A DNA stretch of 32,000 nucleotides from Pseudodesulfovibrio mercurii (GTDB lineage: Bacteria > Desulfobacterota > Desulfovibrionia > Desulfovibrionales > Desulfovibrionaceae), in the NCBI RefSeq assembly GCF_000189295.2, contig NC_016803.1, forward strand, positions 1,350,001 to 1,382,000. Reading direction: 5' to 3'. Both the position numbers and the translations under genes were made by a program. Below the pieces are notes generated by a model. The model saw nothing but the letters and a program-made list of their open reading frames with translations. It ran no database searches and had not been told where the DNA came from. Positions 1 to 7,318 of this stretch are shown here, piece after piece; the stretch's first letter is position 1, and every line of letters begins with the position of its first letter.

Positions 1-230
1 ATCCCGGTGAGGGTATGGCCACTGTACACGAAATTGCCGCCGGTCAGGTTCGGGGAGCCGATGACGTCCAGGTTGTCCTGCCAATCCCGCAGATAGGGGT
101 CCCAGCGGTTGTTGTTGAAACCGGGCCAGTAATTCACCTCGTCGGTGAAGGCCACGGTATAATAGGCCAGTGCGGACGGAGCCTGGAGCAGGCACAGGAG
201 GAACAGGGCCAAGGCGATACAGCGTTTCAT
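1..230 (-). CDS. Secreted hypothetical protein, N-terminal part (gene runs off the left edge)
   Basis: Absent from the ORF track because it is open at the window edge. Reverse-strand ATG at 230-228 is preceded by GGAGAC (240-235). Translation MKRCIALALFLLCLLQAPSALA/YYTVAFTDEVNYWPGFNNNRWDPYLRDWQDNLDVIGSPNLTGG... has a basic n-region, Leu-rich core and A-x-A site, i.e. a signal peptide. The + ORF 15..248 is its antisense shadow. Confidence 0.55.
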   Translation of the reverse strand, partial: MKRCIALALFLLCLLQAPSALAYYTVAFTDEVNYWPGFNNNRWDPYLRDWQDNLDVIGSPNLTGGNFVYSGHTLTG

Positions 231-582
231 GATTGTCTCCCACGTTGAATTCCACGCCATTAAGCATAAAGTATGCCAGCAATGTAAATGGCGACTTTCC
301 AGGACTCAAACGCAAGGGAAATGTCATTTTGCCCGACATCTTGTCGAAGGGTCTTACATTTTGTGCCCGTTTCGACACAATCAGACCGATTCTCAGCCCA
401 AAAATCATGTTTTTACCGTTTTCCACAGGGCAACCGCCGGGGAAAATGGATTTTAGCGCAGTGGGGCCGACGGCCCGGACAGGATGATCTGGACTCGGGC
501 AACAGATTGTTCCTTTACACGCCATCAAGGATACTTATTTGAATAGGAACGACCAACCCACATTCGTGAAAGGAGCTATATC

Positions 583-1101
583 ATGGCCGAACGAACCGGA
601 ATCATCACGTTTCAAGGAAACCCATTGACCTTGATAGGCCCTGAAATCCACGTCGGCGACACCGCGCCCGACTTCACCGTGACCGCCAACGACCTCTCCC
701 CCGCCACCCTGGCCGACTTCTCCGGCAAGGTGCTGGTCATCGCCTCGGTGCCCTCCCTGGACACCCCGGTCTGCGACATGGAAACCCGCCGCTTCAACAC
801 CGAGGCCTCGGCCCTGGGCGACGAGGTGAAAATCCTGACCGTCAGCATGGACCTGCCCTTTGCCCAGGCCCGCTGGTGCGGCGCGGCCGGAATCGAGGCC
901 GTGCAAACCCTGTCCGACCACGCCCAGGCCTCCTTCGGCGAGAACTGGGGCGCGCTCATCAAGGAACTGCGCCTGCTGACCCGCGCGGTCTTCGTGGTGG
1001 ACAAGGACGGCAAGGTCGCCTACGTCCAATACCTCAAGGAGATCACCGAGGAACCCGACTACGAGGCCGCCCTGAAGGTGGTCCGCGAACTGATCGGCTG
1101 A
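583..1101 (+). CDS. tpx: Thiol peroxidase (Tpx-type atypical 2-Cys peroxiredoxin)
   Basis: 172 aa, AGGAG at 571-575. Tpx hallmarks: GNPLTL.G, APDFT, SVPSLDTPVCD (peroxidatic Cys), ARWCGA (resolving Cys) and RAVFVVDKDGKV. Confidence 0.95.
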   Translation: MAERTGIITFQGNPLTLIGPEIHVGDTAPDFTVTANDLSPATLADFSGKVLVIASVPSLDTPVCDMETRRFNTEASALGDEVKILTVSMDLPFAQARWCGAAGIEAVQTLSDHAQASFGENWGALIKELRLLTRAVFVVDKDGKVAYVQYLKEITEEPDYEAALKVVRELIG

Positions 1102-1128
1102 TCCGCCCGCAACATCGCACGACTCAAC

Positions 1129-1161
1129 GGCCCGGAAGGCAACCCCTTCCGGGCCTTTTTT
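1129..1161 (+). terminator. Rho-independent terminator of tpx
   Basis: GGCCCGGAAGG (1129-1139) / loop caacc / CCTTCCGGGCC (1145-1155), followed by TTTTTT (1156-1161). Confidence 0.8.
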
Positions 1162-1393
1162 GCGCCCCGTCCCCGATTCCGCAGGGGACCGGGCCGGGCC
1201 GGATGGCGCACGGCTCGCGGCAGGCAATTGCGCCCCCCGACTTGCCGCCCCTTTCGCAACAACTCGTCCCGACAAGAGGACGGCGGCGTCCCGTTTTTCA
1301 CCCAACAGGGCGTCAAAGCGGGATATCCGCCCGCCTCGCTCTCTTCATTTCCGCAGGATTACAGAGGGTTGACATTCGGCCAAAGGGGCCGTA

Positions 1394-1421
1394 TCAATAT
1401 GTGCATGGATGCATATATTGA
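1394..1421. promoter_or_regulatory. 28-bp inverted repeat over the MarR start codon; putative autoregulatory operator
   Basis: TCAATATGTGCAT-GG-ATGCATATATTGA, 13-bp arms with one mismatch. It overlaps a TTGACA (1369-1374)-N17-TATCAA (1392-1397) sigma70-like promoter and the ATGs at 1399 and 1405. Confidence 0.4.
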
Positions 1422-1890
1422 GAGTCAAGAGTCCGGCCAGCCGGAGGACATCGCCCGGCTCGGGCGCAGTTTCGACCATCTGCACAGCCTGGCCGCGGCC
1501 CAGATATTTACCTCCATGGCCCGCTCCATGCACACCTCGGACATCACCTTCAGCCAGCTCAACGCGCTCTTCCGGCTCTACACCCACGGCCCGCAGCGCA
1601 TCGCCGACCTGGCCGAAGGCGCACACCTGAGCCACTGCGCCACCAGTCGGCTGATCAGCCGGTTGGCCAAGGAAGGCCAGGTGGACAAGCAGCCCAACGC
1701 GCAGAACAGGCGCGAGCGGCTGATCAGTCTGACGCCCGAGGGGCTGGCCTTTCTCCGGAGCCTGAAGCTGAACACCACGGCTGCCTACGAGAATCTCTTC
1801 CGCACCCTGCCGTCTTCCCTGACGGACCGGCTCCAGGCCGTGCTCGACGATATCCTGCCCCTGCTGCCGCCGCCCGAAATGCCCGGCTAG
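1399..1890 (+). CDS. MarR family transcriptional regulator
   Basis: Same frame as ORF 1228..1890; the upstream 57 codons are Arg/Pro-rich and look non-coding. Winged-helix pattern: FSQLNALFRLYTHGPQRIADLAEGAHLSHCATSRLISRLAKEGQVDK...RERLISLTPEG. The start (1399 or 1405) is uncertain. Confidence 0.85.
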   Translation: MCMDAYIESQESGQPEDIARLGRSFDHLHSLAAAQIFTSMARSMHTSDITFSQLNALFRLYTHGPQRIADLAEGAHLSHCATSRLISRLAKEGQVDKQPNAQNRRERLISLTPEGLAFLRSLKLNTTAAYENLFRTLPSSLTDRLQAVLDDILPLLPPPEMPG

Positions 1891-1948
1891 CCGCATCCCG
1901 GCTGCCCCCATCACACCGCTTTCACGACGTTTTCCGAGGTATTCCACC

Positions 1949-3160
1949 ATGCGCAAACGAGGCCTTGCCCATCTCGCCATCCTGGCGGGCATCTCCACAC
2001 TGCCGCCCCTTTCCATCGACATGAACCTGCCGGCCATCCCGGACATCGAGGCCACCTTCGGGGTGGCCCGGGGACAGGGCTCCCTGACCCTGAGCCTGTT
2101 TCTGCTGGGCTTCGCCTGCGCCCCGCTCCTGGGCGGGCCGCTGTCCGACCGGTTCGGCCGCAAGCCGGTCCTGATGACCGCCCTGCTCCTGGACACCCTG
2201 GCGGCCTTCGCCTGCACCGTGCACGGCTCCTTCCACTTCCTGCTCCTCTCGCGACTGATCCAGGGCATCGCCTCCGGGGTCTGCATCCTCGCGCCCCTGG
2301 CCATCCTGCGCGACACCATGACCGGCCCCGAGGCGCGCAAGCAGTTCTCGGCCATCATGTTCGTGGGCGGCGTGGCCCCGCTGGCGGCCCCCCTGCTCGG
2401 CGGCCTGATCCTGCTCTACACGGGCTGGTCGGCCATCTACGCCGTCCAAGGGCTGCTCGGCCTGTCCCTGTTCGTCCTGGTGGCCCTGCTCGTGCCCGAG
2501 TCCCTGCCCCCGGACAGACGGAACACCGTGGGCGCGGCGAAGCTGCTCGGCGGGTACGCGACCATCTTCAGGAGCCCGCAGTTCCTCGGCTACGCCCTGC
2601 CCCAGGCCCTCGGCTTCGGCTGCCTCTTCTCCTACATCGCGGGTTCGCCCGCATTCGTGCTCGGCGAGATGCACCTGTCCGAGCAGGCCTACTCCCTGGT
2701 CTTCGCCCTGACCTCCTTCGGAGTCATGGTCGGGGCCTTCCTCAGCGGGCTGGTCGGCCGCCGGGAAATCCGGGTGGACCGCATCCTGGCCGTGAGCCTC
2801 GGAGTCATGACCCTGGCCGCCGGGTCCGTGTTCGTCCTGACCTGGTACCACGCCCCGGAGCTGCCCCTCCTGCTGCCCCCGCTCTTCCTGGTCATGGCCT
2901 GCTTCGGGGTACTCCAGCCCAACGCCATGAGCGAGGCCGTCGCCCCCTGGGGACACATGGCCGGAACCGCGTCCGGGGCGATCAACTCCCTCCAGATGCT
3001 CACCGGGGCCGGGGCCAGCGCCCTGGCCCCCCTGCTCAACACGGTCTGGGCGCCGGGCAAGGCCATGGGACTGGCCATGCTCTGCGCCGCGCTCCTGGCT
3101 TCGGGATTGTACGTGGTCTTCGGGAGGGCCAGGCGGAACCGGGCGCAGGCCCCCGCCTGA
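1949..3160 (+). CDS. MFS transporter, Bcr/CflA-type drug-resistance efflux pump
   Basis: 403 aa and about 12 hydrophobic spans. Bcr/CflA N-terminal signature LSIDMNLPAIPDI and MFS motif A GPLSDRFGRKPV. Lies directly downstream of the MarR gene. Confidence 0.9.
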   Translation: MRKRGLAHLAILAGISTLPPLSIDMNLPAIPDIEATFGVARGQGSLTLSLFLLGFACAPLLGGPLSDRFGRKPVLMTALLLDTLAAFACTVHGSFHFLLLSRLIQGIASGVCILAPLAILRDTMTGPEARKQFSAIMFVGGVAPLAAPLLGGLILLYTGWSAIYAVQGLLGLSLFVLVALLVPESLPPDRRNTVGAAKLLGGYATIFRSPQFLGYALPQALGFGCLFSYIAGSPAFVLGEMHLSEQAYSLVFALTSFGVMVGAFLSGLVGRREIRVDRILAVSLGVMTLAAGSVFVLTWYHAPELPLLLPPLFLVMACFGVLQPNAMSEAVAPWGHMAGTASGAINSLQMLTGAGASALAPLLNTVWAPGKAMGLAMLCAALLASGLYVVFGRARRNRAQAPA

Positions 3161-3234
3161 TCGGCGAGGTCCGTTCGCCCGGCCCGACCGGGTCCGGTGG
3201 ACGCCTACCCGCCACGGGACGTCCCTGTTTCGGC

Positions 3235-3260
3235 AATCCCTGTCCGGCCCGGATTTTTTC
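3235..3260 (+). terminator. Weak candidate terminator after the MFS gene
   Basis: AATCC (3235-3239) pairs with GGATT (3251-3255), followed by a T-run (3254-3259). The stem is short, so support is weak. Confidence 0.3.
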
Positions 3261-3294
3261 CACGGAACAGGGGTTGCCTTTTTGGACGGTCCGC

Positions 3295-3316
3295 TATATC
3301 AATACATATTGATATA
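3295..3316. promoter_or_regulatory. Perfect 22-bp A/T-rich palindrome upstream of metF; candidate repressor operator, possibly SahR-type
   Basis: TATATCAATA-CA-TATTGATATA has exact 10-bp arms. It is an isolated A/T island in GC-rich intergenic DNA about 165 nt upstream of the metF ATG. Confidence 0.5.
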
Positions 3317-3478
3317 CGAATTTAGTCGACAACGCCGGCGGCGTGCACCCCCCGGACCTTGCCGGGCCACGGGCCGCGCCGCCAACGGCGGCCCCATTCG
3401 ACACACAACACACGGCGGGCGGACCGGGAACGGCACGGAGCCGGTCCGGTCCGGGATCGCCGGAAGAAAGGACAGACC

Positions 3479-4354
3479 ATGAAGATCATCGATCGCATCC
3501 GGGACAACGGCCCGTTTCTCTCCCTCGAATTCTTTCCGCCCAAGGAGCGCGACCAGTGGCCCCGCTTCTTCGGACAGGTGGAGCGGCTGGCCGGGCTCGA
3601 TCCCCTGTTCGCCTCGGTCACCTACGGGGCCGGAGGCTCGTTCCAGGACAACACCCTGGAGATCGCGGCCGAGGTGCACAAGCGGTTCGGGCTGACGACC
3701 ATGTCGCACCTGACCTGCGTGGGCGCGGAGAAACGGTCCATCGCCGCGTACATGGACCGGTTGCTCGAGGCGGGCGTCAGCGACGTCCTGGCCCTGCGCG
3801 GGGACATGCCGGGCAACGACCCGGCCGAGGTCTGGAAGGACTTCCGGCACGCCTCGGACCTGGTGGAGTTCGTGCGTCAGGGGTGGCCGGAGGCGGGCGT
3901 GGCCGCGGCCTGTTATCCCGACGCCCACCCCGAGTCCGGGTCCATCGACGACGACCTGCGCTGGACCTGCCACAAGTTCAACACGGGCGCGGACTTCGGC
4001 GTGACCCAGTTGTTCTTCGACGTGCGCCGCTACCAGGACCTGGTGCGCAGGCTGCGTTCCCGTGGCATCGACAACCCCGTGGTGCCGGGCATCCTGCCGG
4101 TCCTGGCCATGCAGTCCCTGGACCGCATCCTGTCCCTGTGCGGGGCGAACATCCCGCTCAAGCTCTACCTGGAGATCCGGGAGGCCTTCGACACCGGCGG
4201 CGACGAGGCCGTGCGGCGCAAGGGCGTGGACATCGCCCGGCGGCAGATCCGCGAGCTCCTGGCCCTGGGGGCTCCCGGCATCCACTTGTATTCCTTGAAT
4301 AACGCCGATGTCTGCCTGGACATCCTCCGGGATGTGCCGGAGCTGCGCGGCTAG
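3479..4354 (+). CDS. metF: 5,10-methylenetetrahydrofolate reductase
   Basis: Start trimmed to MKIIDRIRDNGPFLSLEFFPPK (AAAGGA RBS upstream), giving 291 aa. MetF motifs: SLEFFPPK, SVTYGAGGS, MSHLTC, LALRGD, GVTQLFFD, PGILP, HLYSLN. Confidence 0.93.
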   Translation: MKIIDRIRDNGPFLSLEFFPPKERDQWPRFFGQVERLAGLDPLFASVTYGAGGSFQDNTLEIAAEVHKRFGLTTMSHLTCVGAEKRSIAAYMDRLLEAGVSDVLALRGDMPGNDPAEVWKDFRHASDLVEFVRQGWPEAGVAAACYPDAHPESGSIDDDLRWTCHKFNTGADFGVTQLFFDVRRYQDLVRRLRSRGIDNPVVPGILPVLAMQSLDRILSLCGANIPLKLYLEIREAFDTGGDEAVRRKGVDIARRQIRELLALGAPGIHLYSLNNADVCLDILRDVPELRG

Positions 4355-4366
4355 GCTGAAAGGCGC

Positions 4367-4400
4367 GCCCCGGCGAATCCGTCCTTGCGCTTCGCCGGGG
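4367..4400 (+). terminator. Candidate metF terminator hairpin
   Basis: CCCCGGCGAA (4367-4376) pairs with TTCGCCGGGG (4391-4400) around a 14-nt loop. It is followed by cTTTggcTaTTcTc, a weak U-tract. Confidence 0.5.
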
Positions 4401-4432
4401 CTTTGGCTATTCTCGAAAAGTTCTAGATGTCC

Positions 4433-4580
4433 TTCAGGTGGCCGTAGGCCATAACAGGGAATCCGGTGCGAAGCCGGAGCGGTCCCGCCGCTGTAATCCC
4501 CCATGGAGGTCCGGTCCGAATGCCACTGCCGCGAGGCGGGAAGGCGGGCCGGGCGGGGAGAGTCAGAAGACCTACCTGAA
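4433..4580 (+). promoter_or_regulatory. Cobalamin (B12) riboswitch in the nrdD leader
   Basis: Conserved cobalamin-element blocks appear in the correct order: AACAGGGAATCCGGTGCGAAGCCGGAGCGGTCCCGCCGCTGTAA, GCCACTG, GGGAAGGC and the B12 box AGTCAGAAGACCTACC. P1 closes TTCAGGT (4433-4439) with ACCTGAA (4574-4580). Confidence 0.85.
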
Positions 4581-4768
4581 GCGTTTCCTGCCGGATGCGG
4601 ATCGCGGAACCCGCGTGCGGACAAGAATGCGTATCACCCGACAACCGTCGCCGGGACCTGCGGTGCCGCCGCCAGGTCCGTTCATCGACGACAGTGCAGG
4701 CAGTCCCCTTGCGGCCGCACCCCGTGCGGCGCGCCCTTCCGCTTTCGACGCCTGCAAGAGATTCCCCA

Positions 4769-6868
4769 ATGCCCAGCAAAATACTCAAGCGTGACGGCTG
4801 CATCGAAACCTGGTCCACCAAACGGATCGGCAACGCCATCTTCAAGGCCCTCAAGGGCAGCGGCATCAAGGACCCGCTGCTGGCCGACCGGCTGGCCGGA
4901 AAGGTGGAAAAAAAGCTCAAGGACGTGGACATCCCCGAGCAGGAACAGGTCCAGGACATGGTCCAGGAGGTCCTCATGGAGGCCCGCCTGTTCAAGGTGG
5001 CCGAACGCTACATCATCTACCGCGAAAAGCGGCGCGAGCTGCGCTCCCAGGACGAGGCCTTCCTGGACATCGCCCAGGTGACCGACGGCTACCTGAACAA
5101 CGTGGACTGGCGGGTCAACGAGAACTCGAACATGACCCACTCCTACCAGGGGCTGATCCTGCACATGGCGGGCGCGGTCCAGGCCCGGTACATGCTCGAA
5201 AAGTACCCCGAGGAGGTCCGCCTGGCCCACACCCACGGCTACTTCCACATCCACGACCTGTCCTTCGGTCTGGCCGGATACTGCTCGGGCTGGTCCCTGC
5301 GCGATCTGCTGCTCGAAGGGTTCAACCTGCGCGACCGCTGCTCGTCCACCCCGGCAAAACACTTCGACGCGGCCTGCGGCCAGATGGTCAACTTCCTCGG
5401 CACCCTGCAGAACGAATGGGCCGGGGCCCAGGCCTTCAACAACGTGGACACCTACCTGGCCCCGTTCATCCGCAACGACGGGCTCAGCTACCACGACGTC
5501 AAGCAGCAGATCCAGAAACTGCTCCACAACCTCAACGCCACCTCGCGCTGGGGCGGGCAGTCGCCGTTCACCAACTTCACCCTGGACTTCGTGCCGCCCG
5601 CGCACATCGCCAAGGAACCGGTGATCATCGGCGGCGAGTTCAAGGATTCCACCTACGGCGAGTACGCCGAGGAGATGGCCATGTTCAACCGCGCCTTCCT
5701 GGAGGTCATGCTCCAGGGCGACGCGGACGGGCGCATCTTCTCCTTCCCCATCCCCACGTACAACGTGACCAAGGACTTCCCCTGGGAATCCGAGGAAGGC
5801 AGGCTGCTGCTCAAGATGACCGCCAAGTACGGCGCGCCCTACTTCCAGAACTTCATCAACTCGGACCTGAACCCCGAGGACGTGCGCTCCATGTGCTGCC
5901 GCTTGCAGATGGACCTGCGCGAAATCCGCAAGAAGACCGGCGGCCTGTTCGGCGCGGGCGACCTGACCGGGTCCATCGGCGTGGTCACCCTGAACCTGCC
6001 CAAGCTGGCCTACCTCGCCCACAACGAGGAGGACTTCATGGACCTCATCGCCGAGTACGCCCGGCTGGCCTCGGAGTCCCTGGAGTTCAAGCGCAAGGTG
6101 GTCCAGCAGAACCTGGACGCGGGCATGTTCCCGTTCTCCCGGCGCTACCTCAAGAACGGGTTCAAGGGCCACTTCTCGACCATCGGGCTCATCGGCGGCC
6201 ACGAGGCGTGCATGAACCTGCTGCACAAGGGGCTCGACACCCCGTCCGGCTCGATGCTCATGCAGAGGGTGCTCAAACTCCTGCGCCGCCTTGTGGTCCG
6301 GTTCCAGGAGGAGACCGGCAACCTGTACAACCTCGAGGCCACGCCCGGCGAGGGCACCTGTTACAGGCTGGCCAAGATCGACCGCGAGCTGTACGCCGAC
6401 ATCTACACCTCGGGCGACGAGACCCCCTACTACACCAACTCCACCCTGCTGCCCGTGGGCATCAGCTCGGACGTGTTCTTCGCCCTGGAGCACCAGAATG
6501 AGCTCCAGACCCTGTACAACGGCGGCACGGTCTTCCACACCTTCCTGGGCGAGGCCGCCCCGGACGAGGAGAGCGTGAAGAACTTCCTGATCAAGGCCAT
6601 GACCAAGACCAAGATTCCGTACATCTCGGTCACGCCGACCTTCTCCATCTGCGAGGACCACGGCTACCTCTACGGCGAGCACTTCCAGTGCCCGACCTGC
6701 GGCAAGGAGGCCGAGGTCTACACCCGCGTGGTCGGCTACTACCGCCCGGTGGGCCGCTGGAACAAGGGCAAGCAGGAGGAGTACAGGGACCGCATCGAGT
6801 ACTCGCGGCAGAGCTTCTGCCGTCCGGCCTGCGAACCCGCGACCGAACCGGTGGGCGAGCCCGCCTGA
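4769..6868 (+). CDS. nrdD: Anaerobic ribonucleoside-triphosphate reductase (class III, glycyl-radical)
   Basis: Start trimmed to MPSKILKRDGCIETWS (ATP-cone), because the upstream part of ORF 4595.. overlaps the riboswitch; 699 aa. C-terminal Zn site CPTCG and glycyl-radical motif TRVVGYYRPV. Confidence 0.95.
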   Translation: MPSKILKRDGCIETWSTKRIGNAIFKALKGSGIKDPLLADRLAGKVEKKLKDVDIPEQEQVQDMVQEVLMEARLFKVAERYIIYREKRRELRSQDEAFLDIAQVTDGYLNNVDWRVNENSNMTHSYQGLILHMAGAVQARYMLEKYPEEVRLAHTHGYFHIHDLSFGLAGYCSGWSLRDLLLEGFNLRDRCSSTPAKHFDAACGQMVNFLGTLQNEWAGAQAFNNVDTYLAPFIRNDGLSYHDVKQQIQKLLHNLNATSRWGGQSPFTNFTLDFVPPAHIAKEPVIIGGEFKDSTYGEYAEEMAMFNRAFLEVMLQGDADGRIFSFPIPTYNVTKDFPWESEEGRLLLKMTAKYGAPYFQNFINSDLNPEDVRSMCCRLQMDLREIRKKTGGLFGAGDLTGSIGVVTLNLPKLAYLAHNEEDFMDLIAEYARLASESLEFKRKVVQQNLDAGMFPFSRRYLKNGFKGHFSTIGLIGGHEACMNLLHKGLDTPSGSMLMQRVLKLLRRLVVRFQEETGNLYNLEATPGEGTCYRLAKIDRELYADIYTSGDETPYYTNSTLLPVGISSDVFFALEHQNELQTLYNGGTVFHTFLGEAAPDEESVKNFLIKAMTKTKIPYISVTPTFSICEDHGYLYGEHFQCPTCGKEAEVYTRVVGYYRPVGRWNKGKQEEYRDRIEYSRQSFCRPACEPATEPVGEPA

Positions 6869-6885
6869 CGGACCATGGGACATCC

Positions 6886-7101
6886 ATGATACTCGACGCC
6901 AACCAGCTGGCCTCCATCCGGCAGCACAACGACGAGGAACTCCGGAGGGGCGGCCGTGCCGCGCACGGCTGCCCCGCCCGAACGGTCCAGGACCTGCTGC
7001 AGACCATCGAGGCCCTGAAAAAGGAAAAGCGGAAGTGGAAGAAGCTGGCCCAGGACCGTGGCCGGGCCCTCAAGGCCATCAGCGACCTGGCCGCGGACTA
7101 G
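6886..7101 (+). CDS. Hypothetical small protein (71 aa, charged coiled-coil-like C-terminus)
   Basis: In frame with ORF 6688..7101 but must start after the nrdD stop: MILDANQLASIRQHNDEELRRGG...LKKEKRKWKKLAQDRGRALKAISDLAAD. Strong G/C third-position bias like neighbouring genes. Weak RBS and no family recognised. Confidence 0.45.
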   Translation: MILDANQLASIRQHNDEELRRGGRAAHGCPARTVQDLLQTIEALKKEKRKWKKLAQDRGRALKAISDLAAD

Positions 7102-7269
7102 CCCCGGCTGTGGGTCGGCCTCGGTGCGGAGCATGACCGGGCCGCCCATGCGGGCGGCTTTGGCGGGAAGGATGTGGAGGCGGCCGGGGCCGGGGGAACG
7201 GGCGGGGCACGCCCCGCGAGGAACCCCTTTCGGGGAAATGGCGTCTATTGAACGCTGAATTTTGGCGTC

Positions 7270-7314
7270 GGTGGCCGTCCCGGAAACATGCCGGGGCGGC
7301 CACCGTTTGTTTTG
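7270..7314 (+). terminator. Rho-independent terminator ending the nrdD transcription unit
   Basis: GGTGGCCG(t)CCCGG / aaacatg / CCGGGGCGGCCACC (7270-7304), followed by GTTTGTTTTG. It sits between convergent genes. Confidence 0.7.
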
Positions 7315-7318
7315 CAAG

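Noticed and set aside
15-248. 77-aa plus-strand ORF at the left edge
   Set aside because: It is antisense to a minus-strand gene that has a good SD and a canonical signal peptide, and its own translation has no start context or motif.
3317-3478. SAM or SAH riboswitch in the metF leader
   Set aside because: I looked for the SAH-element blocks (AGGAGCGC..., CAGGCUCG, AACGGCGCUC) and SAM-I/II features. Only a loose CAACGGCGGCC resemblance is present, with no coherent pairing scheme.
4355-4432. NrdR boxes upstream of nrdD
   Set aside because: No pair of A/T-rich 16-bp palindromes of the NrdR type is visible between the metF terminator and the riboswitch. Regulation appears to be riboswitch-based.
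4595-4768. N-terminal extension of nrdD as given by the ORF track (start at 4595)
   Set aside because: The extension overlaps the expression platform of the cobalamin riboswitch and is Arg/Pro-rich. The ATP-cone begins right at M4769 (MPSKILKRDG). Similar upstream extensions were trimmed for metF (3359), the ADH (9656), the cupin protein (17021), PaaI (20738), IclR (24854), BCCT (26574) and the OFOR subunits.
4682-6883. 733-aa ORF on the minus strand, plus similar long antisense ORFs at 1345..2358, 1922..2956, 3299..4624, 7262..8443, 8301..9614, 9783..10430, 10683..11606, 11741..12568, 13174..13827, 15302..16279, 16541..17389, 18504..19820, 20790..21692, 21771..22865, 26694..27866, 27730..28809, 29505..30839 and 30981..31694
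   Set aside because: Each lies antisense or out of frame to a gene with clear family signatures. Their translations are low-complexity Arg/Gly/Ala/Pro/Val/His-rich strings typical of stop-codon-poor shadow frames in GC-rich DNA, and none shows a recognisable motif.
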